Assembly (NCBI GenBank): GCA_031286165.1
Contig: JAITUU010000015.1
Coordinates: forward strand, 1,558 to 65,557
Length of the DNA: 64,000 nt
Origin: Bacteroidales bacterium
GTDB taxonomy: Bacteria > Bacteroidota > Bacteroidia > Bacteroidales > UBA1715
Direction: 5' to 3'
Shown: positions 9,969 to 19,068 of the stretch, in pieces
Numbering within the stretch: the first letter of the stretch is position 1
Layout of the letters: the number at the start of each line of letters is the position of its first letter
Made by a program: the position numbers and the translations under genes
Notes under the pieces: model-generated
Databases searched by the model: none
The model's input: only the letters and a program-made list of their open reading frames with translations
Told to the model about the DNA's origin: nothing

Positions 9969-10025
9969 AAATAATTTACAATTTACAATTTACCATTAAC
10001 AATTAAATTGTATGTTTGTACAAAT
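9969..10025 (+). repeat. Heptamer-built promoter repeat, copy 3 (slyD promoter; -7 box 10011-10018)
   Basis: aaataatttacaatttacaatttaccattaacaattaaattgtatgtttgtacaaat. Confidence 0.9.
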
Positions 10026-10043
10026 TTTTAAAACTACAATACT

Positions 10044-10607
10044 ATGAACATAGAAAACGATGCCCTTGTGGCACTTACCTACACCTTGAAAAAAGATAAC
10101 GCCGAAGGCGAAGTAATAGAAGTGTGCTCGGCAGAGCGTCCGCTGGAATTTGTGTATGGCGCAGGCATGATGTTGCCCCACTTTGAAAAACACCTTGCAG
10201 GTTTGGCAGCAGGCGCAAACTACGAATTTACCCTCGCTCCCGATGAAGCCTACGGCGAATTTACCACCGATGCCATAGTGCCGGTGAATAAAGATATTTT
10301 TGCCGATTTTCCCGAAATGCTCGAAGCCGGCAGAATAGTACCCATGCGCGATGCACAAGGAAATCCGCTGCACGGACGCATTATTACCATAGACAACGAT
10401 AAAAACACCGTAACCATAGATTTTAACCACCCTATGGCTGGGCAAACCCTTCATTTCAACGGAACAATAGAAAGCGTGCGCAAAGCCACCGAAGAAGATA
10501 TGCAACGATTTTTCGGCGGCTGCGGCTGTGCTTGCAGCGGCGACGACTGCAATAGCGATTGCTCCGACAAAGAAAACTGCGGCGGCGGAAGTTGCGGCTG
10601 CAATTAA
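10044..10607 (+). CDS. slyD: FKBP-type peptidyl-prolyl isomerase SlyD with Cys-rich tail
   Basis: LAPDEAYGE, VTIDFNHPMAGQTLHF, C-terminal CGCACSGDDC...CGC. Confidence 0.93.
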   Translation: MNIENDALVALTYTLKKDNAEGEVIEVCSAERPLEFVYGAGMMLPHFEKHLAGLAAGANYEFTLAPDEAYGEFTTDAIVPVNKDIFADFPEMLEAGRIVPMRDAQGNPLHGRIITIDNDKNTVTIDFNHPMAGQTLHFNGTIESVRKATEEDMQRFFGGCGCACSGDDCNSDCSDKENCGGGSCGCN

Positions 10608-10680
10608 TTAGTTGAAAGTGGAAAATTGAGAACTGAAAATTGAGACCTCGCAATTTTTAATTCGTAATTCGTAATTGATA

Positions 10681-11418
10681 GTGAATCCTTTTTTCAACAT
10701 AGGACAATACTTTTTGCTCATGGGGCGCGTGTTTACCAAGCCCGATGACGCAAAGGTGTTTCGCGAAAATGTGTGGAAGGAAATTATTCTCATAGGCTAC
10801 TATTCCATTGTTATAGTGCTTATTATTTCCACTTTTATAGGAGCAGTAATTACGCTGCAAACCGCCTACAATATGACCAACCCTATTTACCCCGACTATA
10901 TTATAGGACTTGGCACGCGCGATAGTGTGATTTTGGAATTTTCATCTACCATAGTGGGGCTGGTGCTTGCAGGCAAAGTGGGTTCGAGCATAGCATCGAA
11001 TATAGGCACCATGCAGGTAACGCAGCAAATAGACGCGCTGGAAACTATGGGTGTCAATTCGGCGAATTTTTTGATTCTGCCAAAAATTGTGGCAGCAGTT
11101 ATCACCTTTCCCTTTTTGGGCATTTTGAGTATGATTACCGGTATAGCCGGTGGGTGGCTTGCCGGCATGATGAGCGGCGAAGTGCCTTCGGCGCAGTATG
11201 TGTATGGCTTGCAATATGCGTTTATACCGTACTATATAGTATATAGTTTAATCAAAATTTGCACCTTTGGCATTATCATTTCCTCAGTGGCAAGTTATTA
11301 CGGCTATTACACACGCGGCGGCGCACTCGAAGTGGGAAAAGCAAGCACTACGGCGGTGGTCAATAGCAGTTTAATAATTCTGGTGTTCAATTTACTGCTC
11401 ACGGCACTGCTTTTATAG
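10681..11418 (+). CDS. mlaE: MlaE-family ABC permease
   Basis: LAGKVGSSIASNIGTMQVTQQIDALETMG and GGALEVGKASTTAVV motifs. Confidence 0.9.
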   Translation: MNPFFNIGQYFLLMGRVFTKPDDAKVFRENVWKEIILIGYYSIVIVLIISTFIGAVITLQTAYNMTNPIYPDYIIGLGTRDSVILEFSSTIVGLVLAGKVGSSIASNIGTMQVTQQIDALETMGVNSANFLILPKIVAAVITFPFLGILSMITGIAGGWLAGMMSGEVPSAQYVYGLQYAFIPYYIVYSLIKICTFGIIISSVASYYGYYTRGGALEVGKASTTAVVNSSLIILVFNLLLTALLL

Positions 11419-11503
11419 TTGAAAACTGAAAATTGAGAACTGAGAGTTGAAAGTTAATCACTAATCACTAATCACTAATCACTGAGAACTAAGCACTAAA
11501 ACC
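11418..11503. repeat. Intergenic heptamer tandem array
   Basis: gaaaact gaaaatt gagaact gagagtt, then (aatcact)x4. Confidence 0.85.
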
Positions 11504-12262
11504 ATGATTGAAGTTTCACATCTTTGCAAATCGTTCAATGGCGTTCAAATTTTGAGCGATGTGTCGGCTATTTTTGAGGAAGGGAAAATTAATTTCACTA
11601 TCGGCAAAAGTGGTTCGGGCAAAACCGTGTTGCTCAAATCAATTATAGGATTGCACGAAATCGACAGCGGCAATATTTACTTTCACGACCGCAATTTTAC
11701 CACCATGACCATTAACCAGCGCAAAGAAATTCGCAAGGAAATCGGTATGGTGTTTCAGGGCAGTGCCTTGTTCGATTCTTCTACTTTGGAAGAAAATGTG
11801 ATGTTTCCCCTCAAAATGTTCTCCGATTTATCGTATGACGAGTGCCGCGAACGCGCCAATTTTTGCCTGCAACGGGTAGATGTGGTGGGTAAAAATCATT
11901 TATTTCCTTCGGAAATCAGCGGCGGCATGCAAAAACGGGTAGCCATAGCACGTGCCATTGCCCTCAATCCCAAGTATTTGTTTTGCGATGAACCCAATTC
12001 CGGTTTAGACCCGCAAACCTCGATTTTGATAGACAATTTGATAAAAGAAATTGTGCGCGAATACAATATGACCACCATTATCAATACCCACGACATGAAT
12101 TCGGTGATGGAAATTGCCGATAAAATTATTTTTATTCACGAAGGCAAACTGTGGTGGCAGGGCGACAAAGAATCAATTTGGACTACCGACAATCCGGAAG
12201 TGAATCGGTTTATTTTCGCTTCGGAACTCACCAAAAAAATTCGGGTGCTGTATGAAAAATAG
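11504..12262 (+). CDS. mlaF: MlaF-family ABC ATPase
   Basis: GKSGSGKT Walker A, ISGGMQKRVAIARA, CDEPNSGLDP; follows mlaE. Confidence 0.9.
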   Translation: MIEVSHLCKSFNGVQILSDVSAIFEEGKINFTIGKSGSGKTVLLKSIIGLHEIDSGNIYFHDRNFTTMTINQRKEIRKEIGMVFQGSALFDSSTLEENVMFPLKMFSDLSYDECRERANFCLQRVDVVGKNHLFPSEISGGMQKRVAIARAIALNPKYLFCDEPNSGLDPQTSILIDNLIKEIVREYNMTTIINTHDMNSVMEIADKIIFIHEGKLWWQGDKESIWTTDNPEVNRFIFASELTKKIRVLYEK

Positions 12263-13331
12263 TGTAGAACAATTATTTCAAATCGCAAAAAAACTCCTCG
12301 TTCAACTCATAGAAACTCCTTCTATCAGTAGGGAAGAACACAAAACTGCCGATTTGTTGTGTGCGTTTTTTGCGCATCACGGTATAAAAACGGAGCGAAT
12401 TGCCAATAATGTACTAGTGCGCAATCGCGCATTTTCGTCCGAAAAACCTACGGTGCTGCTCAATTCTCACCACGATACTGTGAAACCGGTGGCAGCGTGG
12501 CATACCAACCCTTTTGAGGCAATAGAACGCGAAGGAAAAATGTTCGGACTTGGCAGCAACGATGCCGGTGCACCGCTTGTGTCGCTTGCTGCCGCGTTTT
12601 TGTATTTTTACGAACAAGAACATCTACCCTTCAACCTGCTTTTTGTAGCCTCTGCCGAAGAAGAAGTGTCGGGAGCAGGTGGGCTGGAATTGGTAATGAA
12701 GGAATTGCACGAAGATATTGCCTGTGCCATAGTGGGCGAACCCACTTCGCTGCGCATGGCAGTTGCCGAAAAAGGTTTGCTGGTACTCGATTGCACGGCT
12801 CATGGCACAGCAGGGCACGCAGCCCACGCCACCGGCGAAAACGCGCTCTACAAAGCGGTGGACACAATTCAAACACTGCGAAATTTTGCATTTGAAAAAT
12901 CATCGGAATTTTTGGGCACGGTAAAAACCACCGTAACCATGATACAAGCCGGCACGCAGCACAACGTAATTCCGGCGGAATGTACATTTACCGTAGATGT
13001 GCGCACCAATGAACACTATACCAATGCCGAAGTGTTGCAAATTTTGGAAGAAAAACTCGCCCCCACTACACTACGAGCACGTTCCTTACGCCTCAATTCT
13101 TCGCACATAGCACTTTCGCACCCATTGGTACACGCAGCGCAGAGTATTGGCATAGAACTCTACGGCTCGCCCACCATGAGCGACCAAGTATTTTTGCCCC
13201 ACCTTCCTTCGGTGAAAATTGGTCCCGGCGATACCCTGCGTTCGCACACGGCGAATGAATTTATTTACGAACACGAACTAAAAAACGGCATAGAAACGTA
13301 TATACAATTACTTGAAAATTTGAACCTATAA
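12252..13331 (+). CDS. argE: M20-family deacylase (ArgE-like)
   Basis: LLNSHHDTV, GLGSNDAG, AEEE, GEPT, SHTANE; adjacent to argH. Confidence 0.8.
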   Translation: MKNSVEQLFQIAKKLLVQLIETPSISREEHKTADLLCAFFAHHGIKTERIANNVLVRNRAFSSEKPTVLLNSHHDTVKPVAAWHTNPFEAIEREGKMFGLGSNDAGAPLVSLAAAFLYFYEQEHLPFNLLFVASAEEEVSGAGGLELVMKELHEDIACAIVGEPTSLRMAVAEKGLLVLDCTAHGTAGHAAHATGENALYKAVDTIQTLRNFAFEKSSEFLGTVKTTVTMIQAGTQHNVIPAECTFTVDVRTNEHYTNAEVLQILEEKLAPTTLRARSLRLNSSHIALSHPLVHAAQSIGIELYGSPTMSDQVFLPHLPSVKIGPGDTLRSHTANEFIYEHELKNGIETYIQLLENLNL

Positions 13332-13443
13332 AACACAAGATATGAAGTACCGAGATGTGTATATATCTTCATCGTTTCAGTTATTCCGTTATTCCGTTAT
13401 TCAAAACTAATCACTAACAACTAATCCCTTGATACTAATTACT

Positions 13444-14799
13444 ATGAATAAAGTACAATCGCCGATTTGGGCAAAAGATACACAGGCAAACGAAACAGTT
13501 GCCACATTCACCGTAGGGCGCGATGCCGAGTTCGATACCATGCTTGCGCGTGCCGATGTGTTGGGCAATTTGGCGCATACGCGCATGTTGGCAAGTATTA
13601 ATTTGCTCACACAGGAAGAATTGGCGCAAGTGCAGCAAGGTTTGAAAGAAATTTATACGGATATAGAAAACGGAAGATTTGAAATAGAAGCGGGTGTGGA
13701 AGACGTGCACTCACAAGTGGAACTGCTGCTCACCCGCAAATACGGCGATGTGGGTAAAAAAATTCACAGCGGACGCTCGCGCAACGACCAAATTCTTTTA
13801 GACCTCAAACTCTTCATTCGTGAAGAAATAATACACACACTCCGCACGGTGGAAACGCTGTTTGCACAACTGCAAACGCTGAGCGAGGCGCACAAAAAAA
13901 CGCTGATGCCGGGTTACACGCATTTGCAAATTGCCATGCCATCGTCTTTCGGGCTGTGGTTTGGCTGCTATGCCGAAAGTTTGACCGATGACCTGCAACT
14001 CCTGCTCGCTGCCTACAAAATTACCAACCAAAATCCGCTTGGTTCCGCCGCAGGTTACGGCTCATCGTTTCCGCTCAATCGCAGCATGACCACCGAACTG
14101 CTCGGTTTTGAAAATCTTAATTACAATGTGATGTATGCACAAATGGGGCGCGGAAAAGTTGAAAAAATCACAAGTTATGCCCTTGCTTCTATTGCATCTA
14201 CGTTGGCAAAAATGGCTATGGAAATGTGTCTTTTCATGAATCAAAATTTTGGATTTGTGTCCTTTCCCGAAGAACTCACTACGGGTTCGAGTATTATGCC
14301 CCACAAAAAAAATCCCGATGTATTTGAACTCATTCGCGCAAAATGCAATCGCCTGCAAGCCCTCCCCACCGAGATTACCTTTATTACCACCAATTTGCCT
14401 TTTGGCTACAATCGCGATTTGCAAATTATAAAAGAACACTTTTTGCCCGCCTTTGCCGAACTGCAATCGTGCATGGAATTGACGATGCTCATGTTTGCCA
14501 ACATTCGCATAGCACCCGATATTTTACATTCGCCGCTCTATGATTATTTGTTCAGCGTAGATGAAGTCAATCGCTTGGTGCAGCAGGGCGTGCCCTTTCG
14601 CGATGCCTACAAACAAGTGGGGCGCGAAATCAACGAAGGGAAATTTAACCCTGTAAAAACCGCCGAACACACTCACGAAGGCAGTATAGGGAATTTGTGT
14701 AGCACAGAAATTGCCCGAAAATGTGCGGCAATAGTGGCACAATTCGAGTGGGAGAAAACGGAAAAACAGTTGAAACAGTTGTTAGTTGTTAATTATTAA
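13444..14799 (+). CDS. argH: Argininosuccinate lyase
   Basis: HSGRSRNDQ, MPGYTHLQ, GSSIMPHKKNPD. Confidence 0.96.
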   Translation: MNKVQSPIWAKDTQANETVATFTVGRDAEFDTMLARADVLGNLAHTRMLASINLLTQEELAQVQQGLKEIYTDIENGRFEIEAGVEDVHSQVELLLTRKYGDVGKKIHSGRSRNDQILLDLKLFIREEIIHTLRTVETLFAQLQTLSEAHKKTLMPGYTHLQIAMPSSFGLWFGCYAESLTDDLQLLLAAYKITNQNPLGSAAGYGSSFPLNRSMTTELLGFENLNYNVMYAQMGRGKVEKITSYALASIASTLAKMAMEMCLFMNQNFGFVSFPEELTTGSSIMPHKKNPDVFELIRAKCNRLQALPTEITFITTNLPFGYNRDLQIIKEHFLPAFAELQSCMELTMLMFANIRIAPDILHSPLYDYLFSVDEVNRLVQQGVPFRDAYKQVGREINEGKFNPVKTAEHTHEGSIGNLCSTEIARKCAAIVAQFEWEKTEKQLKQLLVVNY

Positions 14800-15183
14800 T
14801 GGTTTGATTTTGTGCTTTTGATAATGGAAGTTATAATTTTGATAATTTCCACCGCATCGGCATTGAGGCTTTCAAATTCTTGTTCTCCAATGTACGATGT
14901 GGCTACAAGTAATTCTAACCAATACATTGTTTCATTGATTTCTTTTTGTGCTATAGCCATTTTATGTGCAAAATCGGCTTTGCTTTCCGAATGTTCAGCC
15001 TCGCGAACGTTTGCAGCTACCGAAGTGCCACTTCGTAGAATTTGTTTTGATAGTACAAACTCTTTTTTGTGTTCGCACAAATATTTGTACAGATTTATAC
15101 AACGTACAGCAAACGCAAAACTTTTCGCTTTAACAACATTGGTTTTCATAACTCATTAACAATTAACCATTAATAATTAACAA
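14786..15183. repeat. Perfect 19-bp inverted repeat enclosing the four helix bundle gene
   Basis: ttgttaattattaatggtt (14786-14804) is the exact reverse complement of aaccattaataattaacaa (15165-15183). Confidence 0.9.
14796..15149 (-). CDS. Four helix bundle protein (23S rRNA IVS protein / bAvd-like, TIGR02436-type)
   Basis: KSFAFAVR, LSKQILRSGTSVAANVREA, SKADFAHKMAIAQKEINETMYWLELL. Confidence 0.93.
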   Translation of the reverse strand: MKTNVVKAKSFAFAVRCINLYKYLCEHKKEFVLSKQILRSGTSVAANVREAEHSESKADFAHKMAIAQKEINETMYWLELLVATSYIGEQEFESLNADAVEIIKIITSIIKSTKSNH

Positions 15184-16671
15184 TTATTTCGGAATCTGTA
15201 TGCGAATAACCGTGCCTTTGCCGAGTTCCGAAGATTTTACGAAAATTTTGCCTTTGTGATATTCGCTCACTATTCGTTTGGCGAGGCTCAGCCCAAGACC
15301 CCAGCCGCGCGGTTTGGTGGTGTAGCCGGCGGTAAAAATTGTTTTGAATTTATTGCGGGCAATTCCTTTACCGCTGTCTTGCACGTCTATTATAGCATAT
15401 TTGCCGGCGTCCGAAAGGCTCACGCTCACATTTCCTTTGCCGTCCATAGCATCTATGGCGTTTTTTATGATATTTTCCACTACCCATTCAAAAAGTTGCA
15501 CATTCACCGGCGCAATTATGGATTTCTGCGTGCCGAAAACCGTAAAATGCACACTGTTACTTGTGCGCAGGCGCAAATACGCAAGCACATTTTCTACAAT
15601 TTCGTTCAAATTTTCGGGCGTAAGCACCGGTTTTGCCCCAATTTTCGAGAATCGGTCGGCTACTACTTGTAAACGCAGCACATCTTTATTGATTTCGCCA
15701 ATAATATCGGGGTTCACGTGTTCTTCTTTGAGCAATTCCACCCATGCCATGAGCGATGAAATGGGCGTACCCAATTGATGCGCCGTTTCTTTGGACATTC
15801 CCACCAAAAGTTGCGTTTGTTCGTTGCGGCGCAGATTGTAGTACATCATGTAGGCAAGCACCACCAGCAGTACTATGACCAATAAAAACAGTGCCGGATA
15901 AAAGCGCAGGCGAGTGAGCAGTGTGGAATCTTCGTAAAAAATATAGTGAGTAATAGTGCCATTGAGCATAATGGGAATGGGAGTATTACTTTCCATCATG
16001 CGGGCAATTTTTTCGCGTTGCTTTTCTATGGTGCAAAATTCTTTGTCGGCAATATTGCCGCAGGCTATTACTTCGAGCGTATCTACGGTGGTAATAACTA
16101 CCGGCACCGATGCCGAATTGCGTACCACTTCGTCTATAAACGAGGCTATCATATTGTTCATTATCACGTGCAATTCCGAAAATAGGTGCGAATCGGAGTA
16201 GTAGAGGTAATTAATCACCGTGTTGCCATACTGAATGGCAATGGGTTCGTAGTGCGAAAATTCCGCTTTTACACCTGCCGGCATGGCTTCGCCGAGCGCG
16301 AGGTCGAAATTCAAATTGGCGGTGGACACCACCTTGCCTTTGGGGTCGGTGAGAATAATGGGAATATTTTTGTTGCTGCTGATAACTTTGAGCAAATAGG
16401 AAAGAAAATGCGAATCGTTTTCCTGCAAAATCAGCCGCTGCGCCTCGCTCCACATATCTATTTTGCGGCGTTCGTCTTCCTGCAATTTGGTGAACACTTG
16501 GTTGGAATGTTCCACTATGGCATTGCGCTTTTGAATAGCCTCTGCCCACAGCAACACCTGCTTGCGTTCCTCGCGTTTAATATTGGAAATAGTGCGATTG
16601 AGCAGTAAAAAGAGTGCCGCTATGGTAAGCGTGGCAAATATAAATATGCAGTATTTTATGCGAGAGGTCAT
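15184..16671 (-). CDS. Membrane sensor histidine kinase
   Basis: Two TM segments, ETAHQLGTPISSL H-box, ENIIKNAIDA, DSGKGI, GWGLGLSL. Confidence 0.93.
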   Translation of the reverse strand: MTSRIKYCIFIFATLTIAALFLLLNRTISNIKREERKQVLLWAEAIQKRNAIVEHSNQVFTKLQEDERRKIDMWSEAQRLILQENDSHFLSYLLKVISSNKNIPIILTDPKGKVVSTANLNFDLALGEAMPAGVKAEFSHYEPIAIQYGNTVINYLYYSDSHLFSELHVIMNNMIASFIDEVVRNSASVPVVITTVDTLEVIACGNIADKEFCTIEKQREKIARMMESNTPIPIMLNGTITHYIFYEDSTLLTRLRFYPALFLLVIVLLVVLAYMMYYNLRRNEQTQLLVGMSKETAHQLGTPISSLMAWVELLKEEHVNPDIIGEINKDVLRLQVVADRFSKIGAKPVLTPENLNEIVENVLAYLRLRTSNSVHFTVFGTQKSIIAPVNVQLFEWVVENIIKNAIDAMDGKGNVSVSLSDAGKYAIIDVQDSGKGIARNKFKTIFTAGYTTKPRGWGLGLSLAKRIVSEYHKGKIFVKSSELGKGTVIRIQIPK

Positions 16672-16714
16672 TGTTTTGGAGTTGTTAGTTTTCAGTTGTT
16701 AGTTGTTAAGTCTG

Positions 16715-16827
16715 GATTGCTTCGTTCATCGCAATGACACTTTTGTATATATTCTTGCGCACTCCATTTATTTCTTCGTCATTACCTTCGGTGAGGGCTT
16801 CGCCGTTGCGAACGTAGTGAAGCAATC
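16715..16827. repeat. GATTGCTTC...GAAGCAATC REP-like palindromic doublet with 24-nt nested module (copy 1)
   Basis: Inverted arms gattgcttcgttcatcgcaatgac and gtcatt[24 nt]gcgaacgtagtgaagcaatc; similar to 29858-29942. Confidence 0.8.
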
Positions 16828-17093
16828 TATGTTAGTTGTTAGGTTTCATCTGTTAGTACTCATTTCTCTCATCTCAAAATTCGGTCAAAAATAATCATTA
16901 CCTATTAATCAGTAACCATTAATTTAAAAATTTATTGTATTTGTTTGGTATTAGTTGTTAGTTGTTAGTTTTCAGTTTTCAGTTCTCCACGAAATAAAAA
17001 TATGAGCAAAAACATAAAAAAATACCGAAGAAAAATTTTGCCGTTTCATTCAGTGTGGTATATTTGCAAAACCAATTAGTAAAAAAACTGCTT

Positions 17094-17474
17094 GTGAAAA
17101 AGTTCTTTGTGATTCTCGGTTTTTGTATTCCGCTTGCGGCAAGTGCGCAGCATGGCTGGAATAAGATAACGTATTCGCAATCAATGTTTTTTTCGGCAGA
17201 GGTACTTGTTGGTAAAAAACCTGCCAAGCAAGGCGACGAAGTGGGTGCTTTTATAGACGGTGAGTGTAGAATGATAGCACCGGTGCTGGTAATTAACGGC
17301 AAAAGCACAATTTCAGGCGCAATATATGGCGATGTGAACGAAGAATTGGAAGAACCCGAAGAAGTAGAATTTAAACTATGGCGCGAAAAAAATAATACGA
17401 TACTGAAAACCAAACAACGAGTGGAAATGAAACCGGGAGCAGTGCTGCACGACTACACACTCAAATTCAAATAG
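17094..17474 (+). CDS. Secreted hypothetical protein
   Basis: Signal peptide (KKFFVILGFCIPLAASAQ); GDEVGAFIDGECR motif; GTG start after the TATATTTG box at 17059-17066. Confidence 0.7.
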   Translation: MKKFFVILGFCIPLAASAQHGWNKITYSQSMFFSAEVLVGKKPAKQGDEVGAFIDGECRMIAPVLVINGKSTISGAIYGDVNEELEEPEEVEFKLWREKNNTILKTKQRVEMKPGAVLHDYTLKFK

Positions 17475-17520
17475 AAAAACAATTAAAAACAAATAAATAT
17501 TCACTTAAATTTTTAACATT

Positions 17521-18246
17521 ATGAAAAAAATCAATTCAATTATCATGGCTGCATTAGTTGCAGCAGCAAGTCTTTTTAGTTTCACGTCTTGTGGCACTGA
17601 CCCGGAGGATTTATTAACAGTAGATGCGTCAATAATGGACCAAGCAACAGGAAAAGTAGCGTTGGAACAAACATTAGGAAAAGTTGCTCAGTTGTGGAGT
17701 ATTACAACAGGTGGAGAAACTAATCTTTCATCTACGTACGAAACTTATTTAGACCAACTTATTAAAAATGGTAATACTATTATCGCCGGTTTACCACAAG
17801 GTACGTATGAAATACGTGTATTTGATGGAACGAATCTTAACACTGCAAATGTTGCGAAAAAACAATTTACTATTTCAACAACTACAACCGGACCGGATTG
17901 GACTACCGCAACAGGTACAATTACCGCAAACGGAACCTACGCTTACCAACGCGGTAGCGATATAGGTACATCGAATCCAACAGGTACTATTGTAGTTTCA
18001 GGTATTTCTACTGCATCTGTAACAGTAAAACTTGATAACTATGCTGCGGTAACACTTTCTGACGCTGGTTCTTCTTGGTTATTAACAAACGGAACAACGG
18101 CAAACCAATCAACTGTTAATGGTTTATCATCATTCGCAACTGTGTTTGGTGCTAAAAAAGGCGGTGCAGCGCAGTTTATTTCTCCTGAACTTTCAGGTAG
18201 CAGTGCAGCAAACGGTATTATTCAATTTGTTGCCATAGCGCAATAA
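17521..18246 (+). CDS. Predicted surface lipoprotein, unknown function
   Basis: Lipobox FTSC followed by acidic GTDPED; Thr/Gly-rich. Confidence 0.8.
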   Translation: MKKINSIIMAALVAAASLFSFTSCGTDPEDLLTVDASIMDQATGKVALEQTLGKVAQLWSITTGGETNLSSTYETYLDQLIKNGNTIIAGLPQGTYEIRVFDGTNLNTANVAKKQFTISTTTTGPDWTTATGTITANGTYAYQRGSDIGTSNPTGTIVVSGISTASVTVKLDNYAAVTLSDAGSSWLLTNGTTANQSTVNGLSSFATVFGAKKGGAAQFISPELSGSSAANGIIQFVAIAQ

Positions 18247-18267
18247 TCATTTCAGATTAGCATATAT

Positions 18268-18302
18268 AAAAAGCCGCTCTCCGTTGGAGGGCGGTTTTTT
18301 TT
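18268..18302 (+). terminator. Intrinsic terminator
   Basis: gccgctctcc/ggagggcggt stem plus T run. Confidence 0.85.
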
Positions 18303-18308
18303 GTAATT

Positions 18309-18367
18309 GTCAGAACCGGGATTTAGTGAGATTTTGGGATTTTTAGGATTTTAGGGAGGATTTTTTT
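18309..18367. repeat. GTC(A/T)GAACC-headed repeat, half element (copy C)
   Basis: tgtaattgtcagaacc...gggatttttaggattttagg, similar to 8401-8451. Confidence 0.65.
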
Positions 18368-18418
18368 ACTAAATCTATGGAATTTGCGTTATATTTGTAG
18401 GGTTAAATAACGGAAAAT

Positions 18419-18631
18419 ATGAATGCTATTGAATTTCAATCAACGGTAAGGAACGGCGTTATTCAAATGCCGGAACAGTATAGACATAAGCAATTTGCGA
18501 ATGCACGAGTAATAGTGCTTACCGGTAAGGAACGGAGAGCAAGAAGTAAAAAAACAACAGTTTTTACCGATTTCGGATTAGAAATGCCTGTTGATTACAA
18601 ATTTAACAGAGAAGAAGCCAATGCTCGCTGA
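18419..18631 (+). CDS. Putative antitoxin (AbrB-like beta-hairpin)
   Basis: MNAIEFQSTVRNGVIQMPEQY...YKFNREEANAR; overlaps the PIN gene; -7 box at 18390-18397. Confidence 0.75.
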   Translation: MNAIEFQSTVRNGVIQMPEQYRHKQFANARVIVLTGKERRARSKKTTVFTDFGLEMPVDYKFNREEANAR

Positions 18632-19025
18632 AAAAATATTTTTGGATAGTAATGTATTGATTTACGCTTATTTCAAACAAGATGAACGGAAACAGCGTAT
18701 TTCACAAGGGCTTGTTGCGCAAAATTCTATTATCAGCACACAAGTTTTGCAGGAATTATCGAATACTTTGCATAAAAAAATGAAGATAGATTATGATATT
18801 GTGCGTCTTATTGTACAAGAATGTGTTCATAATTGCAAACTTCATATAAACACTTCCGATACTATCTTTTCGGCATTTGATATTGCTCAGCGATATACGT
18901 TTTCGTTTTATGACAGCCTTATTATTGCAGCCGCTCAGGAAAATAATTGCACCATACTCTACTCCGAAGATATGCAGCACAAGCAACGCATAGGAAATTG
19001 TGTTATACAAAATCCGTTTTTGTGA
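18621..19025 (+). CDS. PIN-domain (VapC-like) toxin
   Basis: IFLDSNVLIY, ISTQVLQE, FSFYDSLIIAAA, LYSEDMQH. Confidence 0.9.
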   Translation: MLAEKIFLDSNVLIYAYFKQDERKQRISQGLVAQNSIISTQVLQELSNTLHKKMKIDYDIVRLIVQECVHNCKLHINTSDTIFSAFDIAQRYTFSFYDSLIIAAAQENNCTILYSEDMQHKQRIGNCVIQNPFL

Positions 19026-19068
19026 TTTTTTCAAACTGCGACTATAATTTTCACTTTTCAGTTCTCAA

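Noticed and set aside
8727-10025. Three direct repeats resembling a CRISPR array
   Set aside because: The intervening segments are 450-680 bp and contain genes, the repeats contain promoter boxes, and no cas genes are present.
10510-10607. Cys-rich SlyD tail as a novel metallothionein-like fusion
   Set aside because: Variable Cys/His-rich metal-binding tails are an established SlyD feature.
14796-15149. Avd-like protein as a sign of a diversity-generating retroelement
   Set aside because: No reverse transcriptase and no TR/VR pair with adenine-specific mismatches was seen in the window.
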